64,000 nt of DNA. It comes from Candidatus Latescibacterota bacterium (lineage in GTDB: Bacteria > Latescibacterota > UBA2968 > UBA8231). The notes beneath the pieces are model-generated. The model saw nothing but the letters and a program-made list of their open reading frames with translations. It was not told the origin of the DNA and ran no database searches. Shown in pieces: positions 9,355 through 19,812 of the stretch (its first letter is position 1; each line of letters starts with the position of its first letter). A program made the position numbers and the translations under genes. The stretch lies in NCBI GenBank assembly GCA_965206595.1, contig OZ242214.1, forward strand, positions 4,736,001-4,800,000. Direction: 5' to 3'.

Positions 9355-10975
9355 GTAACCGTTCAGTTCCCCTGGCAGGTTGGGGGCGGGGGCGGAATGG
9401 TAGCAGAATATTAGCGAATGGCGGAGTGGGTTGAAGGCAGCAGCGAGGGCGCCGGCTGCTGAGACACGGCCGCGTCACAGGCCATCCTGAGATAGTCGAG
9501 GACGTTGCGCTGCTGCTGGCGCAGGGTATCGCGTACCGTGAGCAGGCGCTCTACGAAACGGCTGCCTTCGGCACTGTGGGTACCGAAGCTGGTGTGACGC
9601 CACAACACGCCATGGCGAAGGGCTCGTTCGGCTTCGTTGTTGGTCGGCTCGACGCCGGGCCGGCGTGCGCAGGTCCACAGGGCCGGCCCGAGGTCGAGGA
9701 GATTGGCGCAGGTGGCCGCCGTCTTGGCGTCGGCGAACTGCTGCCCATAGCACAAATGAAAACGAAAGCGCAGACACAAATCGTCGATATAGTCCTGGAA
9801 GCGGGCGCGGGACAGGGTACCGTCGCGGACTTGATGCCACCAGGTAAACAGCTGCTCGCTGCGGTCCAACAGGTGTTGACCGACGCGCCCGGCCTCTCCG
9901 CCCCGGGCCACGAACTCCTCGAAGGCGCGCCGCAGATGAGCCCAGCACACGTGCCGGCGTCGTAGCGGCAGATGCGCGTAGGCCGAATAGCGATCGGAGC
10001 CGACCACCGCCCGGTTGTCCGCACCCAGCACCTCATCGACCCCGTCCCGTCCCCGGCTTGGGCGAATGGCGAACACGGTGACGCCGGCCGTCACCGCGGT
10101 CCACAACCAGGCCTTGGCGCGGCGCTGGCGCCAGCCGGTCTCGTCGACGTTGACGAGGCCCTGTCGGCGAACGAAGGCGCGCGCCTCCTCGACCGCACCC
10201 GCCAGGGCCCGCGGCCACTTCCCGTTCCAGTCGGCTGACCGTACCCAGCGACACCTCGAGGCCGAAGGCGTCGGACAACAACGCCCGGATGTTGCGCTTG
10301 CTCAGCCGGTAGGCCCCGGCCAGCAGGCCGACCCAGGCTTGCACGCTGGGACCGAAGGTGTGGCGCGACACGCCCTCGGGCCAACCGGCTGCGGTCAGGC
10401 GGTCGCAGTGACCGCAGCGCAGGGTGTGCAACTGATACTCGATGACCTCGGCCCGCAGCGGCGGGATGACGACTTCCTGGTGACGCTGCGGATGAGGATC
10501 GTCTCCCGTCAACGGGTGCCCGCATCCGTGGCACGTACTCGGCTTGACCGGGATCCGTTCGTCCACCTGCTCCACCGATACCCACGAGCGGCCGTGTCCT
10601 TCGTGCCCGGGCTGTCCGCCCGGCGAGCGCCCCGAGGATCGGCGTCGGGAGGTGTCGGTGCGCGGCGAGGAGGAAGCGCCCGATTGCGACGAGGCGGCCC
10701 GGGCACCGCGGCGGGAGCGCCCCTTGCGGCGGGCCAATTCCCGCTCCAGCTCCCCGATGCGCGCCGTCTGTTGTTCCACGATCTGCTCAAGCTGGACAAT
10801 GCGCTGGCGCAGGTCGCCTTCGGAAATCGTACTCTCAGGAGGTCTCTTCATGGGGTCGCCGTATCCAGGGAAATCTGCAACACACAACCGATCCCGAAGA
10901 TACCGACGAACCCGAAAACCCGCTTAGGTATTTCTTTATATGCTCAAACTACTGCAGGGGGGACTGAACGGTTAC
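9355..10975 (-). mobile_element. IS66-family element (single-ORF type), copy 1, transposase frameshifted
   Basis: Terminal IRs GTAACCGTTCAG..CTGAACGGTTAC. Transposase is split (10033-10887 and 9411-10106) with motifs NVDETGW, CWAHLRR and EPTNNEAERALR. Flanks AATTCGCG and CTTTTCGG do not match. Confidence 0.93.
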
Positions 10976-11017
10976 CTTTTCGGAAAGCTCCAGCTCTAAT
11001 TTTTGCCGCTTGGTCAT
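10976..11017 (-). pseudogene. 5' stub of the next phage gene (MTKRQKLELELSEK), possibly the major capsid protein, cut by IS66
   Basis: ATGA overlap with the HNH stop and GGAGA RBS upstream; open frame until the IS66 IR. The capsid call is inferred from position and a helical N-terminus only. Confidence 0.4.
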
Positions 11018-11331
11018 CGGTCTTCTCCGGTTGTGTTGGTGCATGTAGGTGAGGGGGTTTCGCTATGACTGGAGAGCCGCTCAACGAACCTTAACCACTC
11101 CAGCCGCGCGGGGGATAGCTTTGCCGTTTTCTCCGCTGCGAAATGACAGCGCCGGCAAAGCGTTCTCAGATTGCGCAAATCGTAGGGCGCGCCGCCAGTG
11201 CGCGGGGGGTCCGTATGGTGTACTTCCAGCCGCCAGCGGGCGCCGCATTCTGTACATTTTTCCCCGTCCCGCTGTAGGACTTTGGAGCGGGTTAGCTCCC
11301 ATTGCTTGCCCTTCAAACTGTGCTTACTCAT
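11014..11331 (-). CDS. Phage-type HNH endonuclease (terminase-associated)
   Basis: WELTRSKVLQRDGEKCTECG..LEVHH..GGAPYDLRNLRTLCRRCH; start overlaps the reconstructed TerL stop. Confidence 0.88.
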   Translation of the reverse strand: MSKHSLKGKQWELTRSKVLQRDGEKCTECGARWRLEVHHTDPPRTGGAPYDLRNLRTLCRRCHFAAEKTAKLSPARLEWLRFVERLSSHSETPSPTCTNTTGEDR

Positions 11332-11343
11332 ACCAGTGCACTA

Positions 11344-12510
11344 GTGTCATGTCGTGTAATTAACTGTACAAACAATTGAAAGTGCCGTAGGTTTCCCTTA
11401 TCCCCCTTCTGAAAGGAGAGACCTATGGTGACGGGGCGTCCATTAACGCCGTTAGAGCTGAGTCCGTCGGACCGGGAACGACTGGAATCGATGGCCAAAT
11501 CACGAAGTCTTCCCCACGGATTGGTGCGGCGAGCCGAGATGGTGCTGCTGGCCGCCGATGGCTGGCCCAATGAAGCGGTCGCTTCCGCGGTGGGTGTGAC
11601 GCGAGCTACGGTGGGCAAATGGCGCCGGCGTTTTCTCGACAACGGACTCAATGGCTTGTATGATGAACTACGTTCAGGGGCGCCGCGATCGATCACGGAC
11701 GAGCAGGTAGCCGAGGTGGTATACAAGACCCTGAAGACCAAGCCCAAAGACGAAACACAGTGGTCGGTGCGCTCCATGGGCGAAGAAACCGGCCTGACCA
11801 AGGACGCGGTTCATCGCATTTGGCGCACGTATGGTTTGCAGCCCCATCGACACAAGCGCTTCAAGCTTTCCACCGATCCTTTCTTTGTCGACAAAGTACG
11901 GGATATCGTCGGCTTGTACCTGAATCCCCCCGAGCACGCCCTGGTGCTGTGCGTGGACGAGAAGAGCCAGATCCAGGCGTTGGAACGAAGTCAGCCCATG
12001 CTGCCCCTGGGACTGGGATACGTGGAAGGGATTACGCACGACTACAAGCGGCACGGCACCACCACCCTGTTTGCCGCCCTGGACATCGCCACCGGGGAAG
12101 TGATGACCCAGTGCAAGCCCCGTCATCGTCACCAGGAGTTCCTCCAGTTCCTGCGCCACATCGAGGCCAACGTGCCCGCTGACCTCGATATTCATCTCGT
12201 CGTCGACAACTACGCCACGCATAAGCATGCCAAGGTCAAGCGATGGCTGGCACGGCGTCCCCGATTTCACCTTCACTACACTCCCACGTATGCTTCGTGG
12301 CTCAATCAGGTGGAGATCTGGTTCAATATCCTCACCCGCCAGGCGGTTCGGCGCGATTCGTTCCGCAAGGTGTCGGAGCTCATCGAGCGAATCGAACGCT
12401 ACACGGCCAAATGGAACGCCAACGCACACCCTTTCGTCTGGACGGCTACGGCGGATTCCATCCTCGCCAAAATCAAGAGACTTTGTGAACGAATCTCTGC
12501 GACAGGACAC
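11344..12510 (+). mobile_element. IS630-family insertion sequence, intact
   Basis: IRs GTGTCATGTCG / CGACAGGACAC, each flanked by a duplicated TA within CTAG; inserted in the last codons of terL. Confidence 0.93.
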
Positions 12511-12513
12511 TAG
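11425..12513 (+). CDS. IS630 transposase
   Basis: HTH N-terminus; DDE motifs [22 protein letters not shown] and [10 protein letters not shown]. Confidence 0.95.
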   Translation: MVTGRPLTPLELSPSDRERLESMAKSRSLPHGLVRRAEMVLLAADGWPNEAVASAVGVTRATVGKWRRRFLDNGLNGLYDELRSGAPRSITDEQVAEVVYKTLKTKPKDETQWSVRSMGEETGLTKDAVHRIWRTYGLQPHRHKRFKLSTDPFFVDKVRDIVGLYLNPPEHALVLCVDEKSQIQALERSQPMLPLGLGYVEGITHDYKRHGTTTLFAALDIATGEVMTQCKPRHRHQEFLQFLRHIEANVPADLDIHLVVDNYATHKHAKVKRWLARRPRFHLHYTPTYASWLNQVEIWFNILTRQAVRRDSFRKVSELIERIERYTAKWNANAHPFVWTATADSILAKIKRLCERISATGH

Positions 12514-13851
12514 CTCGACTTCGACGGGGAGCGGGAGCGGGTAGGGTCTCGCCTAGGCCAGCGGCAATAGTCGCGGCTGCAAGGGCGTCTATCCTGCCGC
12601 TGTTGTTTTGTTTGCATAATGCGGGGTTTCCGCCGGGGTCACGGCGGATCTTGCTATCCTTTACGGCGCTGGCCAGTAGCCGGGCGCCAGTAGCGAGGGA
12701 CAAGCCGCCCGCGATCGCCAGCCGTTCAAAACTTCGCACGTCGGCGCTACCGTCAGCCGTCTTACTGGCACCGGTCCCCCGCCATACCGGGCGCCAGCGG
12801 AGGCCCGCGTCTTTTATCGCCTGCTCCGCTTCTTTCTGCCGGTAGCGGTCGGCTCCAACCTCCGCCACGTCGACCCCGTGCAGCTCGCGGGAAACCCGCT
12901 TAAAAAACTGGGGTATGTCTGAAACGAGGTCGCCACATTGCCACAACTCGCCTTGTGCGTGAAGGACCGTATAGAGCGGTCCTACGCCGTCGCTTTTCCC
13001 CCGGTCCGCCAGCGGGGGAAAAGCCGGGACAGCCGCGTATACCTCAAGGCGCCCGGTAGCTGGCCATAGAGCCGCCGCCGCCGTCATCGCGCGGCTCCCG
13101 CCAAGGTCCAACCCCACCACGCAGCGGCCACGGCGCGGGGCAACCTCGCGCGCCATGCACCGTTGCATCTCGACAGCGGAGATTATAGGATCGGTCCCGG
13201 CTCCTATCGGTGCGTTAAGCTCCAAACGTCGAAAATCCGCTTCGTCGCCGGGGGTTTGTGCGGCTGAAGCTGCGAGCTTGCGGAGCTTTTTCAGGCTCTT
13301 AACCCCGTACGAAACTGCGGGGTTTGCGGCTAGCAACGCCGCCTCGTCATCGAGACTGCAATCGACGGGCGCCGCATGTACGGATACCTCCCCCCGCTCG
13401 ATCATCTCGGCGAACATTGGCCCGATATCTCTTATTGAAATGGCTAGCAATTTTCCATCTTTTGCCGTCGTACTTGTGCGGAAACTGTTATAGAGCGGGC
13501 GCTTTCTTTCAGGTAGTTGTCCCGCCTCATCGAGAATCGCTAGATCGGAACCAACGGCGTGACCGGAGGATTTTTCAGAGTTCCAGAATGTCGCCCTTGC
13601 GTCAAAATCCTTCGCCTCGATCCAACCGGGATAAGGCGCTTTCCGCTCGCTTATGGGCAACCCGCTAGCCTCCGCGATTGCTACAATTTGCTGTTTCAGT
13701 TCGACGGATAGCTGGCCAGTCAACGAAACCGCATTTGCCCGCCAGCCCGGGCGCCGTAGCGGTCCGCAAAGGTGCGCTAGTATCAAGGCCGCAACCGTCG
13801 CGGTTTTCCCGTTCTTTCTCCCGGTACTTAAGGCTGATTCGCTTGTTTCAG

Positions 13852-16572
13852 CCCTTGTTATTCATGGAATTTCAGTAAAAGGAGCTGTACTGGGGTGCCT
13901 CCCATGCTTAGGTTTCAGAGGGAAACACAAGGCAGTATCACCCTTTGACCCAACCACACAGGAGGACACCCAATGGGTGAATTACCGTCCCCCACCCCGT
14001 CCCCGCAAGCCGGGCCGATTCAGCCGTCTTTCAACCGCTCCATTCACATTGAAGCTCGCCCCACTCACCTCAGCGGCGACCCCGGTTCGCTGGTGTTGCG
14101 GCAACTGCTCGAACACAGCCAGGTCCTGGATTGGGTGGATGCCCACTTCGAGGATCGCCGTAGCCCGGACCAGATCACGCACCCGCTGTCGGAACTTTTG
14201 CGCACGCAGATCGTGCTGATGGCGCAGGGCTTGCCCCACGCCGACGACGCCGACGCCGACGCGCTGCGGCAGGATCCGATCCTGCGTCTGGCGGTCAGCG
14301 ATCGCAAAGGGCAGTCGCCGTTGCGCCCAGCCGACGAAGGCCGGCCGCAGGGACTGGCCAGTCAGCCGACGCTGTCGCTGATCGGGCAAGCCTCCAGCGC
14401 CTACAACCGCGCGCTGTTGGAGGAAGCGGTGCTGCGCAGCGCCTGGTCCCGGTGCCAGTTGCTGGAACGACGGCTGCGCTACGAGGAGTTGGCCGTCGAC
14501 ATGGATGCCTTGCCGATGCCGGTGCACGGACACCCGCAGGGGGTGGAGTACAACGGCTACTTCCACGCCTCGGGGTTCCATCCTCTGATCATCGGCTCGG
14601 CGCAGACGGGCGACTTCTTCGGCGCCGTGTTGCGGCCGGGCAACGTGCACGCGCATGAGGGCGCCGAAGCGGCTATCCTGGAGCGCCTGGACTGGATTCT
14701 AATCGCACTTGGCCGGCCGCGTCCTCCTGCGCTTCGACGCGGCCTCGGTGAGCGGGCCCTTCCTGAGCCGGCTGGAAGCGCGGGACAACACCTGAACCTA
14801 TCTCAAAATAGGCAAACTTAAACTTGTTTTCGAAATGACAGTGATGTACCATTGGTGTATGGTCAATCTGACCGACATGCAATGGCAACGAATCCGGCAT
14901 CACTTTCCTGAAGAACTTCGTCCCAAGAGCCATCCGGGGTCGCAAACCGGTTTGCACCCGCGATGTTTTTGAAGCCGTTCTTTGGATTCTAAACACCGGG
15001 GCTCAATGGCCTATGTTGCCGCAGTGCTATCCGAACTACAAAACCGTGCATCGCCGTTTTCAAAACGGGTGTCGTCAAGGGGTTTTACGCGAAGTTCTCA
15101 TGGACCTGGCCCAGACCCTTCACGAGCAAGGGGGCCTGGACGAATCGGAGGCTTTCATCGATGGCATGTTCTCGGCGGCCAAGGGGGGAGGTGCCGATAT
15201 CGGCCACACCAAGCGAGGTAAGGGGGTGCGGGTCATGGGGATCGTGGACGGCAATGGGCTTCCCTTGTCGGTGAGCACGCATGCAGCGAACCATCATGAA
15301 GTGACGCTGGTTCAGTTGACCTTTGACTTTTACCTGATCGAAGACCAACCTGACAACTTGATCGGCGATAAAGCGTACGACAGCGATTCGTTGGATGAAG
15401 AGCTTAAGAAAGACGGGATCGAGATGATCGCCCCGCATCGCCAGAATCGGACCAAGAAAAAAACTCAGGACGGACGGCGATTGCGGCGTTATGTGCGGCG
15501 TTGGATGGTTGAGAGATTCTTTGCTTGGCTTCAATGGCAGCGTCGAGTGATCACTCGCTGGGAATTGTATCCGGAGAATTTTCTTGGCTTCGTCCAACTT
15601 GCATCCATTTTGATTTTACTTAAACAATTTCAATTTTGAGATAGGTTCCTCGTACGGGTCGCGCATCAAGAAGAATGCGCGCCTGGAGGACGTGGCTCGT
15701 CCCTGGGTGGAAGCCTATCAGCAGGAGCTGGCGCAGCACCCGGAGCGGTTGCGCGAAGAGGGTTTTCGCTGTCGCGAGCTGCGCTATCAAGCCAAGTCCT
15801 GGGCGCAGCCCCGACGGGTGGTATTGGTATGGGTCCCCTCCGAGACGGAGGAGTTGCCCATCGCCCGCCACTTTTTCCTGATCACCGACCAAAGTCCCCA
15901 GACGATGGGCGCCCGCGACGTGGTCGCCTTCTACCGTCAGCGCGGCCTCTTCGAGCGCATGCTCGGAGAGCTGAGCTCCACCCTTCAGCCCCAGCTCTCC
16001 TCGACCACCCGTCGCAAACAGCACTACCGCGGTCGTCCACCGGGTCAGCGCACCCCGTCCCGGGATGCCTTCGCCGCCAACCAGGCGATCCTGACCCTGA
16101 ACCTGCTGGCCTACAACCTGCTGCACCTGGGCCGCCAGGCCGCCGAACGCGCCGAGGCCCGACGCGGGCGGCCCCGCACATACGGACGCTCGACGACGGC
16201 CCTGAGCCTGGACAGCTTTCGACGGCGCTACCTGCGCCTGCCGTCCCGCGTCACCTTGCACGGACGCAGGGTGGGCGTCATCCTGACCCAAGGGATGGCG
16301 GCTCCCTGGGACCGTCTGTGGAGATTTCTGGCCACGCTCAGACCCGTGGATATGGGGATGGCGTAACCCCGGGCCGGGTCGGTTGGGGTAATCGGCTCGC
16401 AAGCGAAGTGTCTCCACGGAGGCGCGTACAATTTCAACAAGGTCGGTAGAGATAGGGGGACGGCTCTACCCAAAAAGGCAACTATAGAAGGGAGGCAGGC
16501 CTTGGAGGCTATGCAGTGGGGTCTCGGAAGCGCCTATACCCGCTTAGGCGCTGGTTGTATGAATAACAAGGG
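13852..16572 (+). mobile_element. IS1380-family element, copy 1, degraded and interrupted by IS5
   Basis: IRs CCCTTGTTATTCAT / ATGAATAACAAGGG with 5-bp target duplication TTCAG (13847-13851 and 16573-16577). Transposase pieces 13973-14793 and about 15649-16366 match copy 2. Confidence 0.93.
14794..15648 (+). mobile_element. IS5-family element, 855 bp, copy A
   Basis: IRs GAACCTATCTCAAAAT / ATTTTGAGATAGGTTC with CT duplication. Transposase motifs LTDMQW, GRKP, FIDG, IGDKAYDSD and RWMVERFFAWL span 14859-15639, with a frameshift near 14936. Confidence 0.93.
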
Positions 16573-16751
16573 TTCAGGGTCCAAAGCCACGGACAACCAA
16601 TCCTGCACAAAAGGGAGAATCCGGAGCGGCTCGCCGGCCAACGGATGCCCCTGCGGTACGACAAGGGTCTTTTCCGCCCAATCCGTAAGCGTAGCCGCTC
16701 GCTCCGCTCCGCTGGCGGTTGCCGGCAAGGGGAATCCCCCGGGGTACCGCG

Positions 16752-16786
16752 GGCGCTGTACGGCGCTGTACGGCGCTGTACGGCGC
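16752..16786. repeat. 10-bp tandem repeat (CGGCGCTGTA, about 3.5 units) in the 5' end of terL
   Basis: gggcgctgta cggcgctgta cggcgctgta cggcgc seen directly. Confidence 0.9.
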
Positions 16787-16972
16787 GCCTGCGCCGTTGA
16801 GACTCCCGGCAACACTTCCGCCGCTTCTCAGGGTCCTTGTACGGCACTTAGGAAAGCCTCTCAGAGAAACGTGACACCCTCCAGCCGGTGCCGCTGCAAG
16901 GGGTTCGGCCGGGGGGGACAGGGGTCCCCGGGCGGGGGGCAGGGGGCAGGGGGTAGGGTCTGGGGGCGATCA

Positions 16973-17377
16973 TCAAAAGCCAAATTCGCTGATGGGCTCG
17001 ATCAACCCGCGGGCGCGCAGCCTGTCGTACGCCGTTTGCTCTTCAATGTCCAAGCGAATCAGGAGGTTGGCGTAGTCGTCGAAAGCTGCGCGCAACCGCC
17101 CTTCCACGCGCGGAAGTTGCGCGGGGGGATAGCCGTGCACTCTCGCGGATTTTGTCGCGTATGCGCTTTGAATTCCCGGGGTAGTCATACGCAAGTAGAG
17201 CCGCCCTTGCTCGTCGCGTAGGAACTTCCTGCGCTTCCATAGGTTGCGATACAAGGCGCCGCTCCGTCGGTCCCGGCCGTGGTAGGCGCGACGCTGGCGC
17301 CTCGCCACGGTCGCGGCAAGGCTCAATAGGCGCCTTTCCGCGCGGCTGACATCGCGCCGCCGTACGCGTTCAGGCAC
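16973..17377 (-). CDS. Hypothetical basic phage protein
   Basis: 134 aa, Arg-rich, overlaps the stop of the upstream gene, co-oriented with terL. Confidence 0.6.
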   Translation of the reverse strand: MPERVRRRDVSRAERRLLSLAATVARRQRRAYHGRDRRSGALYRNLWKRRKFLRDEQGRLYLRMTTPGIQSAYATKSARVHGYPPAQLPRVEGRLRAAFDDYANLLIRLDIEEQTAYDRLRARGLIEPISEFGF

Positions 17378-17810
17378 TGGCGCCGCTCCGTCTGGAAAAC
17401 TGCACGGCTAGTCGCAACTCCCAGCGGGTGTATTGCACTGCGTCTGCATTTATGCCCGTGCGCCGCAACGCCGCCTCTCCCACCCTTACGGTTCCCCCGC
17501 CAGCAGTTTGTAGGTCCGTCGCCTCAAGGCTGTTGGTGAGGCTGTCAGCCGTCCTTAGCGCCTCGCTTTCGTCGCGGTCGCGGGGTAGGTAAATCCCGAT
17601 CAAGAGATCGGCGTCAACGTCTACCCGGGCGCGCTTGCCTATGCTGGCTTTGGTCGCGTCAACTGGGGAATAAATGGCGCGCAACCATGGCGCCCCCACT
17701 GGCGGGGTGAAGTTCCGATTGCCCCGGGCTACCGGGATAGCCGGGGATAGCTCGCCGGCCAGCCGTTCAACTTCGGCGATTAGGGCAGTATTGACGCTTT
17801 CGTGATTCAT
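17370..17810 (-). CDS. Phage tail-terminator-like protein (DUF4128-like)
   Basis: NRNFTPPVGAPWLRA..ASIG..LLIGIYLP..ALRTADSLTNSL pattern; start taken at MNHES. Confidence 0.65.
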   Translation of the reverse strand: MNHESVNTALIAEVERLAGELSPAIPVARGNRNFTPPVGAPWLRAIYSPVDATKASIGKRARVDVDADLLIGIYLPRDRDESEALRTADSLTNSLEATDLQTAGGGTVRVGEAALRRTGINADAVQYTRWELRLAVQFSRRSGASA

Positions 17811-17845
17811 TCGGCGGGGGTCCGGGAGTTCGGGGGGATCAAAGG

Positions 17846-17865
17846 TTATCCACAAGTTATCAACA
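17846..17865 (+). promoter_or_regulatory. Tandem DnaA boxes
   Basis: TTATCCACA (17846-17854, perfect consensus) and TTATCAACA (17857-17865, one mismatch), next to an AT-rich tract at about 17894-17932. Confidence 0.65.
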
Positions 17866-17944
17866 GCCGGGGTCAGTGTCAACCCGTAACCCCTTTATTT
17901 ATATGCCTTTATGCTATGTTAGTATAGGAAATAGCAAGGGGTTT

Positions 17945-18064
17945 CCTTGCGTTGCCTTGCCCCGCCTCGCCACACCTAGCGCCGCCCTACCTAGCCAAGG
18001 GTTCCCCGGCTCGCCTAGCCGCGCCGCTCCCTACGGAGCCTTGCCACGCCCAAACCTTGCCTTG
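17945..18064. repeat. Two arrays of degenerate pentamers (consensus CCTNG)
   Basis: ccttg cgttg ccttg ccccg cctcg ccaca cctag cgccg cccta cctag ccaag, then ccccg gctcg cctag ccgcg ccgct cccta cggag ccttg ccacg. Confidence 0.75.
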
Positions 18065-18617
18065 AATCCCCGAAGCTGTACCAGCCTCAAGGGGAAAGCA
18101 GAACATCCATCTAGGTACGAACGGCTGTACTATAGCCTGAACGGTACCCCTAGATCGCTAGGCCTTTTCTAAGTACCTGGTACTCAGTACCCGCGGTACT
18201 ACAACAACCCAACTACTAACAACTCTAGGCCTTGTCGTTTGTCTGATTTCTTAGGAAACGGGCGCAGTAGGCCCTAGAGGCTAGAGGCTATGAAAAAAAC
18301 AGCCTCCAGCCGTAGGGGCCTACTGCGTTGACCCTCGATTTCTTGAGGTATCCGGTATGCAGGACAGCCTTATATCTCAGGGTGACCACAACCCCTTGAG
18401 ACCCCAGCCCGTCAGCTGCCGTTAGGCTCCGGTGCGGATATGCTGGATCCTCTTGTACCGCTTTTCCCTGAATCGACGCCAACAGAGACGCAGACAGATA
18501 TCGTCGGCAGAAATAGAGAGGGGGAAAAACACGTAGGGCCTGGGGAGTCCGAAATCGAATGTACCTTCGGCGGAGGACTAGGGCAAGGACTAAATCGCTG
18601 TCTCACATAGGGTTACA

Positions 18618-19778
18618 CTATGATACTTCTAAGTTTGCCCCCATTGCTTTGGCAACCTCCGCCGCAACCTGTTCCCGAGCCTCTCGAACGGGATTCCCGA
18701 CAAAGCGGATGTAGCGGTCCGCCATCGCTGTTGTCTTATGACCTAGTAGGTCCCGCAGTACATGTACTCCGATTCCCGAAGCTGCGGCCATTGTCATAAT
18801 CGTCCGTCGCAAGTCGTGAATCTTCACCCCTTCGATGCCGGCAAGGGTGCATATATGCTGAAAGTGAAACCGGATGTTGCGATAGGTGGAAGGAACCCCG
18901 CGACGAGCGGAGAATACCCAATCACAACAGCGGGGGAGTTGGCGCAGTACGTCGAGTGCGGGAGCCGGTAAATCGTGTTGGCGCCTTCCGGTTTTCGTCG
19001 CCGGTAACACTAACCTTCCCGACTCGAAGTCGATATGTTCCCACTTCATCGCCAAAATCTCGCCAATCCGCAGCCCGGTAAGTGCGGTTACCCGGATTGC
19101 CGCGACGGCAACCGGGTTTCCCTCGTACTGATTCAGCGCCAAAGCCAGCGCCGCCAGTTCGGACGGCGATAACACGCGGTCGCGCGGTTCCTCCCGCCCT
19201 CGCTCGACACCTCGGGCGGGGTTGGTATGCTGCTCCCGCCATTCCCAATGCTCGAACAAGGAGAAAAGCCGCGAGACCAAGGCGATCAACCTGTTTCTCG
19301 TAACGGTCGGGGTACCGTCAATCGCTCTTTCGACGTGTCGGCGCTGGACCTCGGCAATCTTGCGCTTGCCCAGCTTCGGAGCCAGATAGCACCGCCATTG
19401 CTTGCGATACTCGGATGCGGTTTTCGGGGACATCCGCCCGAGTTTGATACGCTCGGGTACGAACTCATCGAAGAACCGGGACACTCCATCATTGACCGTC
19501 GGCGCTTCCCGTCGCTGCTGCCTTTCGTCCAACGGATCGGCTCCCTCGCGAACACGAACCAGTTGCTCGCCGGCCATCTGGCGGGCGGTCTTCAAGGAGA
19601 CTTCCCCGACTCGGGCCAAAGTCGCCCGGCGTTCGCGACCGCCAGAGCGATAATTGAGGATGAACGCCTTCGTACCACCGGGGGCGATTCTGAGCCCCAA
19701 ACCCTTCAGCTTCTCATCCCACAAAATGCGGGTTTTCGCCTCGGGTTGTGCGTCCCTGATTGCGGCTGCTGTCAGCAT
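18618..19778 (-). CDS. Tyrosine integrase with N-terminal arm-binding domain (P4-like)
   Basis: LWDEKLKGLGLRIAPGGTKAF arm domain; catalytic motifs TGLRIGE, KT, HDLRR, LGH and RY. Confidence 0.95.
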   Translation of the reverse strand: MLTAAAIRDAQPEAKTRILWDEKLKGLGLRIAPGGTKAFILNYRSGGRERRATLARVGEVSLKTARQMAGEQLVRVREGADPLDERQQRREAPTVNDGVSRFFDEFVPERIKLGRMSPKTASEYRKQWRCYLAPKLGKRKIAEVQRRHVERAIDGTPTVTRNRLIALVSRLFSLFEHWEWREQHTNPARGVERGREEPRDRVLSPSELAALALALNQYEGNPVAVAAIRVTALTGLRIGEILAMKWEHIDFESGRLVLPATKTGRRQHDLPAPALDVLRQLPRCCDWVFSARRGVPSTYRNIRFHFQHICTLAGIEGVKIHDLRRTIMTMAAASGIGVHVLRDLLGHKTTAMADRYIRFVGNPVREAREQVAAEVAKAMGANLEVS

Positions 19779-19812
19779 GGCTTTTCCCTCCGTGTCAGCA
19801 ATTTGTCAGCAA
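19770..19812. repeat. Three TGTCAGCA direct repeats, candidate integrase arm-type sites
   Basis: Copies at 19770 (overlapping the integrase start codon), 19793 and 19804. Confidence 0.6.

Larger units (their letters stand above)
11328..16847 (-). pseudogene. Phage terminase large subunit, interrupted by IS1380(::IS5) and IS630
   Basis: Removing IS1380 joins ..VQDWLSVALDPE to TSESALSTGRKNGKT (Walker A). Walker B is LAILDEAG; nuclease motifs are VGLDLGGS and GRIDALAA. Removing IS630 restores ..RRSRASALV* ending at 11328. Confidence 0.9.

Noticed and set aside
18288-18606. Excisionase or repressor ORFs downstream of the integrase
   Set aside because: The two 64-aa ORFs show no HTH or AlpA-like pattern.
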